From the NCBI GenBank assembly GCA_951406725.2, contig OX597815.1, positions 212,102,001-212,166,000 of the forward strand: a stretch of DNA of 64,000 nt, in the 5' to 3' direction. The first letter of the stretch is position 1. Every line of letters begins with the position of its first letter. Under the pieces are notes generated by a model that was given only the letters and a program-made list of their open reading frames with translations, was not told where the DNA came from and ran no database searches. Source of the DNA: Octopus vulgaris. Lineage: Eukaryota. The position numbers and the translations under genes are program-made. Positions 38,700 through 51,507 of the stretch are shown one piece after another.

Positions 38700-39071
38700 G
38701 AAGCACTCCGTCGGTTACGACGACAAGAGTTCCGGTTGATCCGAATCAACGGAACAGCCTGCTCGTGAAATTAACGTGTAAGTGGCTGAGCACTCCACAG
38801 ACACGTGCACCCTTAACGTAGTTCTCGGGGATATTCAGCGCGACACAGAGAGTGACAAGGCCGGCCCTTTGAAATACAGGTACAACAGAAACAGGAAGTA
38901 AGAGTAAGTTGTGGTGAAAGAGTACAGCAGGGATCACCACCATCCCTTGCCGGAGCGTCGTGGAGCTTTAGGTGTTTTCGCTCAATAAACACTCACAACG
39001 CCCGGTCTGGGAATCGAAACCGCGATCCTATGACCGCGAGTCCGCTGCCCTAACCACTGGGCCATTGCGCC
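38698..39071 (-). mobile_element. tRNA(Arg)-like SINE
   Basis: GGCGCAATGGCCCAGTGGTTAGGGCAGCGGACTCGCGGTC..GGTTTCGATTCCC head. Same head with a different tail at ~42765-43050. Confidence 0.8.
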
Positions 39072-39222
<151 letters not shown>

Positions 39223-39554
39223 ACTTGACGTAAAAACAAATGTTAATACATATACTTACAAAGCTGGCAGAATCGTTAGCTCGCCGAGCATTTCGGTATT
39301 GTCTTGTTCTGAGTTCAAATTTCGCAGAGGTTGACTTTGCTTTTCATCCTTGTAGGGACGATATCATCAACTTACTCTTCTGCGAACTTGCTGGCGTTGT
39401 GCCAACATTTGAAACCAATATATATATATATACATGCATATTATATGACGCGTTTGGTGGAATGAGGGAAATACTCAAAAATATTTTCAAAACTTGCTTA
39501 CTTGCTTTTTTTTTCATCCAAAAGGTATATTTGAAACCCTATCTTTATCCATGC

Positions 39555-39696
39555 AGAAGAAGAAGAAGAAGAAGAAGAAGAAGAAGAAGAAGAAGAAGAA
39601 GAAGAAGAAGAAGAAGAAGAAGAAGAAGAAGGAGAAGGAGAAGGAGAAGAAGAAGAAGAAGAAGAAGAAGAAGAAGAAGAAGAAGAAGAAGAAGAA
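39555..39696. repeat. (GAA)n microsatellite
   Basis: Direct reading. Confidence 0.95.
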
Positions 39697-40093
39697 AGGA
39701 AATAGAGCTCAATTCACACTCTTTCACATTGAAATTTAAGTTGAATTGTCGGTGACAAACAAGCGAAGGAAGGACAGCGAGAATTCCAAACGTTGAAGAA
39801 ACAAGTTGCCGCCATTTGTTTGGTATTCGTATTTGTTGGACTTCTATCTGTTTCCTTTTAGTTGTGTTTTGAAGTTACATATCAGTTCTACAAAAAAATA
39901 TGCCGTATAATATTGTTAATATATCCACGACTAATAAACAATCCATAGACTAGTCAGAAATTAGAATTGCTTTCTTGTAGTGAACTGTTTTTCGTTGAAA
40001 TACGTATTCAAATATGCAAAACAACTTCTTTAAATCACGAAAAATACGAAGCTAAAACAAATATTCTTTAGAAAACTTTAATCGCTTTTGTGG

Positions 40094-40134
<41 letters not shown>

Positions 40135-40484
40135 GGAGTGGCTGTGTGGTAGCTTGCTTACTAACCACATAGTTCCGGGTTCAGTCCCACTGCGTGGCAC
40201 CTTGGGCAAGTGTTTTCTACTATAGCCTCCGGCCAACCAAAGCCTTGTGAGTGGATTTGGTAGACGGAAACTGAAAAAAGTCCGTCGTATATATGTATGT
40301 GTGTGTGTGTGTCTGCATTTGTTCCCCCAACATCGCTTGACGGCCGATGCTAGTGTGCTTGCGTTCCCGTAACTTGGCGGTTCCTCAAAAGAGAGCGATA
40401 GAATAAGTGGGGTCGATTTGGTCGACTAAAGGCGGTGCTCCAGCATGGCCGCAGTCAAATGACTGAAACAAGTAAAAAATACGA

Positions 40485-40516
<32 letters not shown>

Positions 40517-40545
40517 AATAGTAAAAAGTGAAAAGATTTTTCACA

Positions 40546-40609
<64 letters not shown>

Positions 40610-40612
<3 letters not shown>

Positions 40613-40825
40613 GTGAATGGAAGAAATGGAGTTGAACGAAGATTGTACAGAATTCCTTTTATTACATTCACTAATTATATTAAACTTCAATTATCCGCAC
40701 CAACGCACGGTTGCAACACCATATGGTCTTATCTCCAACCGTGTTTTTTCTGCTGTGATTTTTGCTACCCAGGTATCGGTTAAACTTTTGAATAATCCGT
40801 AACGAGATAATTCATCTTTCCATTT

Positions 40826-40831
<6 letters not shown>
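40610..40831. mobile_element. Short fold-back copy of the 37365 family, lacking the HHR core
   Basis: 40610-40669 matches 37524-37583; 40665-40831 matches the reverse complement of ~37365-37535. Confidence 0.8.
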
Positions 40832-40918
<87 letters not shown>

Positions 40919-40919
<1 letters not shown>

Positions 40920-41059
40920 TTTATTTAAAGCAGCAGAAAATTCAACAAAACCTGTAACAGGTTTTGTTGAATTTTCTGCTGCTTTAAATAAAGCATATTA
41001 TTCTACCACTGGTATTTGAGTACTCTTTTTTCCACCTTGTTTCACATTTATGTGTTTAC

Positions 41060-41061
<2 letters not shown>
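40919..41061 (+). mobile_element. 75-bp palindrome plus ~68-bp tail; short copy of the 59863 family
   Basis: CTTTATTTAAAGCAGCAG..CCTGT-A-ACAGG..CTGCTGCTTTAAATAAAG (40919-40993); tail matches the reverse complement of 59867-59934. Confidence 0.85.
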
Positions 41062-41110
<49 letters not shown>

Positions 41111-42221
41111 CATAAGTTGTAGGTAAGGAAGAAAAGAAGTCTATACATGTGTATGTATTTGTATGTATGTATGTAATTTTATTCTGTAATTTAACAGTTA
41201 CGACGTTTTCCCAATAACAAAAACTGAAGTTTGTGAAATTAAAAATCTAAACTCATAGGTAAATAAATAAATAAATGAAAAGTTAATTTGCAAGCGCAAT
41301 CAGTTTGATAGTTACTGTAAGGTAAAATTCAGTTAGATAATTATTTTTACCAGAAATTCCCTTCCTCATTTTCTCTCTAAATACACGCACACACACACGT
41401 ACGTTCTGAACACATCACACATTATTCGCTTCTCTGATATTTATTGTTAACATGTTAAGATTTTTGTGCAGCGTAAGCAAAAAGGAAATGATGTGAATGT
41501 CATTCCAGAAAGCAACGATTTAAAACGACAACTTTGTGATTATGTCAAGCTTTTATTTTCTTCTGTTTTGTTTTATTTCCCCCTCTCAGACACGCATACT
41601 TTCGCTGTTAGAAACAATTTCCTATTAACTGTGAAAGGATGTCTTTTTATTCAGTTAGTGTATTGTAAAGAGTTTCTTTATGTCAAAGAATATTTTTCCA
41701 TTAACCAACCAGGTTTACGTTTGAAAATAAGCTACCAGCAAGAAAGAATTTTTAAAACAACACATACGTCCATAAAATGGTTTTACAGACGAAAGATGTT
41801 TTAAGTTCGTTGTTGCTTACCCCCAGGTTAACACTAATTGAGCAGACTTACGTTGAAAAGATTGCAAAAATAGTTGTGACTATCTCGTCTTTTTCTCGGG
41901 ACTACATTATCAACGCATGTGTGTGATGGAATTTGAAGGACATGTAGCGGTTAATATATACAACATGTAGAGAGATGTAACAAGTTAGGAGAAGTGACAG
42001 AGCTTTTTTTTTTTTACTTGTTTCAATCATTGGACTACGGCCATGTTGGGGCACTTCCTTGAAGGGTTTAGTCGAGGGGTTCTCAACCATTTTTATCTAT
42101 GGATCTCTTTGATTGCTATTCTATGTTTAAAAGCTAGTTTTATAGAAGCTTCTTTCAAAATTTTCATTTTGTTTTTCACACATTATGTAAAGCAGACCCA
42201 ACTAGTTTCCTTCAACGTTTC

Positions 42222-42478
42222 CTAACCCAGAATGAGTGTTTGGTTCATCACTTTGAGCCAGATACAAAAAGACAATCCATGCAGTGGAAACCCCTCTTCA
42301 TCTGCTCCAATGAAGGCCAAGGTTGTTTCATTTGCAGTGAAGGTGATGGCCTCAGATTTTCGGAATACAGAAGGCATTGCGTTCTTTCCATATCTTGAAA
42401 AGAGCCACACCATCAATGGAGAGTATTATTCCAACTTGCTAAAGTAGTTACGGAAGGCTATCAAGGCCAAAACGCCCT
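42222..42478 (+). pseudogene. Mariner transposase fragment
   Basis: Frameshifted VHHFEPDTKRQSMQWK..KAKVVSFAVKVMAS..YLEKSHTINGEYYSNLLK*LRKAIKAK. Confidence 0.85.
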
Positions 42479-43174
42479 AAAAATATCATTCTCTCGTGTA
42501 CATCATTGTCAATACTTGTGTAGGCAAAACCTAACACAAGCCATCAACCACTCTACGACCTACAAATACATTAAATCTGAATAATTTTAGATCGATCCGA
42601 AGGTCACAGAAACCACATCCGTGTCTCAGTTGGGGGCCGTAACCCACCAACTGCCGATCCCTGGCTTAGTTGATCAAAGTACACAGTTAATAACTGGTGT
42701 CGAAGCATCACTATCAATTTACCTCATCAAATTATCCTACATTATTATACTCTTTTTCTTTGCACCCCTTTCAAGCCTAGCCAGGCTCATGGGCCCGGTT
42801 TCCCTGTTTCTGTGGCGTATGTGTCCCCCCCCCCCCAGCTGGACAGGACACCAGTTCATCGCAGCGTTACTCAAGAAACAGGAAGAGAGAGTGAGAGAAA
42901 GTTGTGGCGAAAGATTACAACTGGGGTCGTCACCACCCCCTGCCGGAGCCTCGTGGAGCTTTAGGTGGTTTCACTCAATAAACACACACAACGCCCGGTC
43001 TGGGAATCGAAACCGCGAGTCCACTGCCTTAACCACTGGGCCATTGCGCCTCCACAACATTATTATACTAGGTATCTCATAATATTGGCACACATTTTAT
43101 TTGTAATTTTCAAGATTGTGGGTACTTGCCCACCCTTGTACCAATGCTAGTTACTTGCATTTCATTATTATAAA

Positions 43175-43237
43175 GGCGGTGAGCTTGCAGAAACGTTAGT
43201 ACGCCGAGCGAAATGCGTAGCCGTATTTCGTCTGTCG
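43175..43237 (+). mobile_element. 5' part of a tRNA-derived SINE split by the Tx1 insertion (continues at 48605)
   Basis: GGCGGTGAGCTTGCAGAAACGTTAG..CGTATTTCGTCTGTCG. Confidence 0.85.
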
Positions 43238-43397
43238 CACATGTGTTCGTGAAGTAATAATTGCTGTTTCGTGGTGTTAATATTGTTAACAACTGTTGTT
43301 TCTTGTTAAACTGTTGAATAACTTAACTGTTGGAGTTTTCAATTGAAAACACTTAGTGCTTGTGGTAGCACGCGTTGTTCATCCCCCTTTGGGGGGA

Positions 43398-44777
43398 AGA
43401 ATGTCGTCTAGCATGGAGCCTACCGTTGGAGCAGAAATACTTGTTTCTCCTGTTGAGAGGAGGAAATACATGTCCGGCGAGGAGCCAACTACAGACAAGG
43501 AAATAGGGGTTTCCCTCGCTACAAGAAGGAATAGCAGAGAGGATAATATATTTGATATTTTTGGAGATGTGTCTGAGAGCTCGTCAGAACTTTCACCAGA
43601 AGAGTTTCCGACTTTGCCAGAGAACAAAGGCATTGTGTCGAAGAGAATAATTGATGTGCCTAGCATCCAGATAGAACCAAAAAATGGAAAAAAAAGTTTT
43701 GCGTTGGCTGCTGGGGGTGGAACCCAGATACTGTCGACGAATAAAAGCGAAATTATGAAATACAGCAAAATGATGGAAATAACTGACAACAGTGTGAAAA
43801 TTGAACCTCCGCAAAAGTTATTACAGGAAGAAAAGCAAAAAACAATAATTTTCAAAACATATTGTCTACAAAAAAGAAAAATTGAAAGAATGTCAGAAGA
43901 GAAAATAGAAAAATGCTTAAAGCCAATATTGGGCGACGTAGTATTTCTGAGAAGAGGAAAAAATTCGGAACGGTGGAAGTAAGGTTCACCAATAAAGAAA
44001 TAGCACACAAGAACTCAGTTGAAACGTTGAAAACGAACGACGTGGAGTTAATACCCTATTATATGGGGATGAGGACGTCGCGAATAAAAATTACAAGGGT
44101 CCCGCCAGAGGTCGAACCTATGTGGTTGTTGGCGGCAGTCCTAATCAAAGAGGTAGAAAAAATTACTCTCCTCCAGGCTACCGCTACGGAAAACCCACGC
44201 TGGGATGGTCAAACAATTAATCTTCTCATTCAAGCGGACCCTAAAATAATTCAAACAATTCCTGAGACAATTGAGGTAGGGGAGGAGAACCTCGTGGTGT
44301 TTGTTGAGGGCCGAAAACCTCGATGTTTTTTATGTGGTCAATTAGGCCACATTCGAAGGAACTGCAAGGAAAATGAAGAAGAGGAGGAAGAGGAGAAAAA
44401 AGACAAAGAGGAAGAAGATAAAGAAGAAACAGATGAGAAAAAAAACAACAAACAAAAGAAAAATACAACCAGCAACCCAGCCGAGAGCGGCGACTACTAC
44501 AGAACAACGACCAAAAAAGACTGCCAGAAGAGAAAAAGAAGAAAAAGGCATAATAGCCGTATACACTAAAGATACTGAGCTCATGAGAGACATTCAACTC
44601 ATAAAGACTGTAAAAAAAATTGATAACCTTTCAGAGGAATTTATCAATTACGACATATATGAAGTCTCAAATAAGACTTATAGAATTCTACAAAATAAGT
44701 GCAGAAAGACTGTATCTTCATTGAGATTAGATTTTAACAAGTCGATATTTCATGGATTACCAGCTCCGATCCCGTGA
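43398..44777 (+). pseudogene. Tx1 ORF1 (gag-like CCHC knuckle), frameshifted near 43960 and 44440
   Basis: VEGRKPRCFLCGQLGHIRRNC; three overlapping ORF pieces. Confidence 0.8.
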
Positions 44778-44941
44778 GAAAAGGAAAAGGTGGAGATTCC
44801 CCCTCCACCTGATAATTCTGTGTCGGTGGTGAGACGGGATTTTGACAAATCTATTTCCCAAGACCGTCCACCGCCGACCCTGGATAAAAAAAAGGTGGAG
44901 GGTCCCCCTCCACCGGACAATCCTAATTAAACAGGTAAGTG

Positions 44942-47900
44942 ATGGCTATTCACATTGGTTGTTTAAATGTTCATGGCCTGTTGTCAAGCTGGAAGCAAGG
45001 ACGCTTTCTGAATGACATCAGGTCGAGAAATTTGGATGTAATTGTTGCAACGGAAACCCGGGTGAAGGGGCCAAGAGATCTGCTCCCCCTCCTGAACGGC
45101 TACGAGAAATACGTTTCTCCGAGTCGGGCGGGAGCTGGGGTGGGGTGTTGGTCCTACTAAAAAGAAACCGGGTAGCCGAGAAAAAGTTGTTTTTTTCTGA
45201 CCCAGAAGGCAGGCTGGTCGTTCTCGACTTGACATTCAGTTGTGGCAAGACAATCAGGCTGGTCGCTATTTATGCACCAAACATTATTGGCCCGCAAACT
45301 GAATATTTTCGTGGCCTAGGAAAGTTCCTAGCCACGTCGCATTCACTAGTAGTGTTAGGAGACTCTAATACAATATGTGCAGCACACACAGATTGTGTTG
45401 GCTCAAACTCGAACATGAACAGAAAATGTAACACAGGCTTTCGGGATCTGCTAAGTCAATTTCAGCTAGCAGATCCATATAGGTTGGAGCACCCGAACAC
45501 TCCACAGTGGACGTGGTCAAATAGTGACGGGTCTACCAGAACATATCTAGATAGGATTTTAATTAGAGAAAAAGATAAGTCCATAGTTGAGTGTCCACAG
45601 TTTTTTCTAGTCAGCTACAGTGACCACAAGATGGTTACCTGTAAACTGACGGTAGATAAGTTGCATAGACAGGGATCTGGCTACTGGAAACTCAATACGT
45701 CCCTTTTGGCGATTGAGGAGTACAGAAAGCGGATCAAGATGTTAATACAGAGGGCATTAACAGGTACCATCATTAATAACAAATGGTGGTACGCCCTAAA
45801 AAGAGCCATCAAATATGAGTCTATTAGGTTTAGCATAAGTTTAGCTAAGAAGGGACGTAAAATAGGAGATGGTCTAGTTAAGGAACTAGAAGAAGCCTGG
45901 AGGACTGGTAATACAGACCAAGCGAGGGTGAAAAGACTGGAGTTAAACCAGCATCTTGAAGCCCACCACATGGGAAGTATTACCAGAGCTAAGTTACGTG
46001 CAATGGGAAGTGAAGGAATCAAAGCCGCTGGATGGGCCCGAGTGGTGGAAGCTCGGCAAGGAAATAGTTCCTCTATTCGGTCTTTGACGAATCAAAATGG
46101 TGTCTTGATAAACGAACCCGAGAAAATGTGTGAGGTCTTTCGGGAGTACTTCGCCCAGCTGTTCGGGGGTGACGGCGGTCCTGGTGGTGGGAGAGCCCTC
46201 GAGGACTTTCTTACCGGGCTGCCGTGCCTCTCGGGGTCGGATGCGGAGTCTTGCGAAGGGCCAATCACACTTGAGGAGGTGATGGAGGCTTTGGCCGATT
46301 GTAAAGCGGGTAAGTCACCGGGACTTGATGGTCTTCCGTACGAGCTGTATAAATGTATGCCAGACTTGTTCGGGCAACTACTGACTGACGTGTACGCGAA
46401 CTGGAAACAGAATGGGTTTATCCCCAGATCTGTGCGCCGGGGAGTAGTGACGTTGGTCAGAAAGGACCCGGACAAGGGGGACGTTCTAGAGAATTTCAGG
46501 CCCATCACTCTGTTAAACGCAGAAGTGAAGATTTTGGCCAAGGTTCTAGCAAAAAGGTTGGCGCGTGTCGCGAATGGTATAGTCGGGGAGGCACAGACAT
46601 GTGCCATCCCAGGCAGAACCATTCAGGATACCCTCCATCTTATTCGCTATACCATAGAGAGGTTTGGTAATAAATCTGGCAAAGGTGGGGCATTGGTGCA
46701 TTTGGACCAGTCTAAAGCTTTTGATAGGGTTGACCATCGATACCTAGCGACTGTACTTGCGCGGTTTGGCCTGGGCCTTGGCTTCCTCAGGTGGTTTATC
46801 GCTTTGTACCACAACATTGACTCGATAGTTCGGGTGAACGGTTTCCTTTCGAAGCCGTTCTGCATCAGACGCTCGGTTCGTCAAGGATGTCCGCTTTCAC
46901 CACTTTTGTATGTGATGGCTCTCGAGCCATTACTGCAAAGGTTGAGTGGCATCCCGAGAGAACCAGGACTAGAGGAGTTTGTTACGGCTTTCGCGGATGA
47001 TATCACTATCAGTGTAACCACAGTGGCACGCCTACGTGAAGTAGGTAAGACTATTGAGGCTTACGAGGAGGTAGCAAGAGCAAAGATTAACCGGGAAAAG
47101 TCGGTCGGCTTGCAGCTCGGCACCTGGGTTGGCAAGTCGATGCCTTCAGACAGTGTTGTTAGGCGCTGGACGGAGGGACCGGTTAAGTTGCTGGGAGTCT
47201 GGTTTGGACCAGGCCTTCAGATAGAGAAGAACTGGACGGAGGTATTGAGCAGGGTGGCTGCAGTAGTCAAGACCTGGTCTTGGCGGTGGATATCCCTGAA
47301 AGGGAGGGCGGAAGTGGCCAATGTGTTTATTGCATCGGTCATTACCTACCGCCTGACTGTCGTGCCCTGTCCGGATTCGTGGTTGATCAGGTTGGAGAGA
47401 CAGCTCTTTCGCTTTTTGTAGAAGGGCAGGTCGCCACTTGTGAAACGCTCTGTCTGCTGTCAAAAGCCTTTAAATGGAGGTTTAGGGATGCCTTGGTTAA
47501 TGATGCGCAGACATGCGTTGAGGTTGAGGCACCTCTGGATTCTCCTGGATAGTGAACGGGTGTGGTCTCCGCTGGCCAGACAAATGTTCCCTGAGTTCAA
47601 GAGATTTTGCGAACAGGAAGCCTGGTGTTCTCGTAGACCGAGGTCGAGTGAGTGGCATAAAGAGTGCCGTAAGGCCCTCTTGCTGTTCCGGCGCTCGGGC
47701 AACGCCAGCGGTGGGGGTTCCACACGGATTTTATATAGTGGGTTGGTAGAGTCTGAATGCGACGATGGCCTGGGGTCGACTCTAGGTCTCGGATTTATTC
47801 AACTGGACAGCTTGTTTCATCGTACATTCGGGTTGAGAACGTTGGACAACTTCCAAAAGTCCTTAACCTGGCAATGCTACAGAGGTGCCTTGCCCGTTTG

Positions 47901-48341
47901 GGATAAGCTCGCAAGACATGGTAAACGTCAGTCGCCGACCTGTCCAAGATGCGGGGGGACAGGGAAACCGTCCCTCACGCTATTGTTCAGTGTCCGGAGA
48001 TAACTGAAATGTGGGCTTATGCTGAACATCTGTTGTCCGGCGAAGGAAGAGTACGGCTGTCGACTGAGTCAATTATAAAAATTGACCCACCGGGAGTTCT
48101 AACGAACGAAGGTAAGAATTGTTTTCTCACGATTGTAGCAATAGCAAAAGAGGCTGTATGGAAGACTAGGATAAAAGGAATTAAGACAGGCAACTTTATC
48201 TCTGGTGACAATTTACGATCCTTTTTTTCTTTTCATTTGAAAAGGAAACTGTGGCTGGAGAAGAGGTGTCTGTCGGAGTGTACGTTCCAAAAGAGATGGA
48301 AGTATGTTGCACGAGTGTTGTGCGTGCAAGGAACCGTGTGA
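44942..48341 (+). pseudogene. Tx1 ORF2 (APE + RT + zinc finger), frameshifts near 45145 and 47955, stop at 47421
   Basis: CLNVHGL, ATETR, IYAPN, YLDR, SDH, YWKLN, KSPGLDG, NFRPITLLN, DQSKAFDRV, VRQGCPLSPLL, FADD, GGLG, CPRC..ETVPHAIVQC. Confidence 0.92.
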
Positions 48342-48604
48342 ATAGACGAGGAAAAATAAAGGAAAAATAAAAAGGTATCAGCGGTAGCGGGGATCGGGGC
48401 TTGTGGGATCGGGGCTTGTGGGATCGGAACGTAACTTGATCATCGCTTCATTTGTATTGTTTTTGTACTGTGTATTCCATTTGATTTTTATGTATTGTAT
48501 TTTATTTTTGATGTCACATTTATGTAAAATCATATCGATTCACTGATCCCATCAGTTGTACTGTCCATATCTATGTTTGGCCCCCGGTGGGCAATAAAGA
48601 AATT

Positions 48605-49750
48605 CGTATTTCGTCTGCCGTTACGTTCTGAGTTCAAATTCCGCCGAGGTCGACTTTGCCCTTCATCCTTTCGGGGTCATTAAATTAAGTACCAGTTACG
48701 CACTGGGGTGGGTAGTAAAGAAATAGGTATTTCGCCCGTCGCAACGTTCTGAGTTCAAATTCCGCCGAGGTTGACTTTGTCTTTCATCCATCCTTTCGTA
48801 GTCGATAAATTAAGTACCAGTGAAAACAATGGGATCGATGTAATTGACTCATCTCCACCCCCAAAATTGCTGCCCTTATGGCAAAATTTGAAACCATTAT
48901 TATGAGACATCGTTACAGCGACGTGCTGACAGAACCATTATCGCTCCGGACAAAACGCTAAGCGGTATTTCTTCCGTCTTTACGTTCTGAGTTCAGATTC
49001 CGGCGAGGTCGACTTTGCTTTTCATCCTTTCAGAGTTGATAAAATAAGCATCAGTCAAGTATGGAAGTAATCGACTTCCCCAATCTTCTCAAAAACTGTT
49101 GACCCTGTGTCAAAATTTGAAACCAGTTCTTTTCTACTCTAGGCACAAGGCCCGAAATTTTGGGGAGGGGGAAAGTCGATTAGATCGACCTCAGTGCGTA
49201 ACTGGTACTTAATTTATTGACCCCGAAAGGACGAAAGGCAAAGTCGACCTCGACGGAATTTGAACTTAGAACGTTAAGACAGACGAAATACCGCTAAGCA
49301 TTTTGCCCGGCGTGCTAACGTTTCTGCCAGCTCGCCGCCTTAAATTTTAAACCATTATTGAGACACCATTAAGGCAGCAAGCTGGCAGAATCGGGAGCAC
49401 ATCGGATAAAATGCTTAGCGGCATTTCGTCCTTTACATTCTGAGTTCAAATTACCTGAGGTCTATTATCCCCTTCTCCCAAAATTTCAGGCGTTATACCT
49501 TTAGTAGAAAGGGTTATTATAAGACACCCTAGAGTTGGCAGAATTGTTACCGCGCCCGACAAAATGGTTAGCGGAAATTATTTCTCCCGGTTTTACGCTT
49601 TGAGTTCAAATACCGCCGAGGTGGACTTCGCCTTTCATCCCTTCGGGGTCGATAAAATAAGTACTAGTCAAGTACTGGAGATCAACATAGTTCACTATCT
49701 CCCTTCTCCAAAATTTCGAAGTATGTGCCTATAGTTGGAGAAAATTATGA
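48605..49750 (+). mobile_element. Cluster of about six tRNA-derived SINE copies (one inverted at ~49128-49341)
   Basis: Repeated GTTCTGAGTTCAAATTCCGCCGAGGTCGACTTTGCC blocks. Confidence 0.85.
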
Positions 49751-50929
49751 GACACTGCAAATTATAAGCATTTCCACGTCATTAAATATGGTTGGGGAAA
49801 TATGTGGGGGGGGGGGTCTAAGCAGTAGGCTGTACTACATCTTTCGCAATGTTTCAACCAAGATTTTTCTGTAAGCACCGTCAGGTTATAAACGCGTGAT
49901 GTATATTTCTGTTGAATTACGAAAACATTGTGACTGGGAGGTATCAACTGTCTCAGCTGATATACTAATTAACGAAGTATATCTTTATTTGGCAGATAAA
50001 CAACTGAAAGTCCCTTACTTAAGGCTGATTGATATCTGATGTGATATTCAAGATAAGTCTATCTAGAAAGCTTATGAAACTCAATCCAGTATATAATTTA
50101 CTTTGTTTAATTGGAAGTAAACGAGTCAGTGATGAGACATAAAAAAAGGCTGAAACAACAGCTGAATCTGTCGATTTTGACGATGAATGTTCAATTGTTT
50201 GCTCAACCGAATTATCTGCTCTTTGATTTAACATATAAGTGGCTGAACATTCTACTTCTACTTGTGAAGTGAAGTGATGGTAGTCTCTCGTCGTCCAAGA
50301 AGGACAGTCATACAATTTCTTGCTGAACAACTTGTACAAAATGATTTGATTATAGTGATCAAGCGTCTGTGCTGTACATTAGCCCAACCCATTAAATCGA
50401 CGTTGTCTGAAGAGGTACACAGTGTACCTATATATCAGGTGTCGAAGTGACCGCAGAGCAATGTGAGATAAATTGCTTTGCTCAAGAACAGAACGCACTA
50501 CTCGATCCAGGAATTGAAATCATGTTATTATGATCGTACGTGTAACACCCTAATCACTAGGCCATCCACCCTCACATCTACCCTTAATATATTTCTCAGG
50601 CAGAATCAATGTCACAAAGCTGGGTCTATAAATTATTGGTATAACGCGTCCGTTAGGCTTCCACACAGTTTCCTTCTTCCCGATTACACCCACAAGATTT
50701 GCGTTAACCTCAAGTTATGGTAAAAGACGGTTTCACCAAAAGACCACCCAGCATGATTGAAACCCATATCTCGTGATTGCAAAGCGAACTTGTTCGCCAT
50801 ACAGCCATGCTTGTTGCTCCCAAACAAAATTGGTAAGCAGTGACATACTTTTGGTTAGAGTAAAAATACGGTTCTTCGTGGGTTGGCTGAAGACACTCTC
50901 ATAGAATGTGACCAAATGAGGTTTCAACA

Positions 50930-51400
50930 CAGTCTCCTTGTGGTCCACACACTTCTTCCATCAGTGCTGCAGTGCTTGGATCTCATTGGTGAAGAAGCTT
51001 TCATCGTTAGTCAAAAAAGTCATCAACAACAGATATGACGTCATCATCACTACGATACTGGTTCCCAGGCAGGCGTTTTTTCCTCCTGGGGAACAGATGA
51101 GTCAGGTGGGGCCAAATCAGGAGAATAAGGAGAGTGGTCAACCAGTTCAAACCCAGTCATGCACAGCAACCATTGAAAGCAAGGACTTGTGTGCTGTAGC
51201 AGTGTCCTGATGAAACAAAAATGCTTTCGTTATTTTCCTGGGCGTTTGGTCTAGATATCCTTTCGTAGCTGCCTCAGCAAGTTGGCATACTACTCTCCAA
51301 TGATGGTGTGGCCCTTTTCAAGATAGTCAATAAACACAATGCCCTTTGCATCCCAAAAACTTGGGGCCATCGCCTTCGTTGCTGATGAAACAACCATGGC
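50930..51400 (-). pseudogene. Mariner transposase catalytic and C-terminal fragment
   Basis: FWDAKGIVFIDYLEKGHTI..FHQD..HSPYSPDLAP.D..WKKCV on the minus strand, with frameshifts. Confidence 0.88.
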
Positions 51401-51507
51401 GTTCTTTTGGAGTAAATGAGGAGAGGTGTTTACATGCACAGGCGGTGTTTGATTTAATTTATTTATTTATCTATTCATAATTCAAAATCTTATTACTGCT
51501 GATGTTA

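Larger units (their letters stand above)
43238..48604 (+). mobile_element. Apparently full-length Tx1/L1-clade LINE with 16-bp TSD
   Basis: TSD CGTATTTCGTCTG(T/C)CG at 43222-43237 and 48605-48620; ORF1 + ORF2; ends GGGCAATAAAGAAATT. Confidence 0.9.

Noticed and set aside
39240-39755. Poly-Arg, poly-Lys and poly-Leu ORFs
   Set aside because: (GAA)n microsatellite.
43379-47723. Antisense ORFs over the LINE coding regions
   Set aside because: Shadow frames of the real ORFs.
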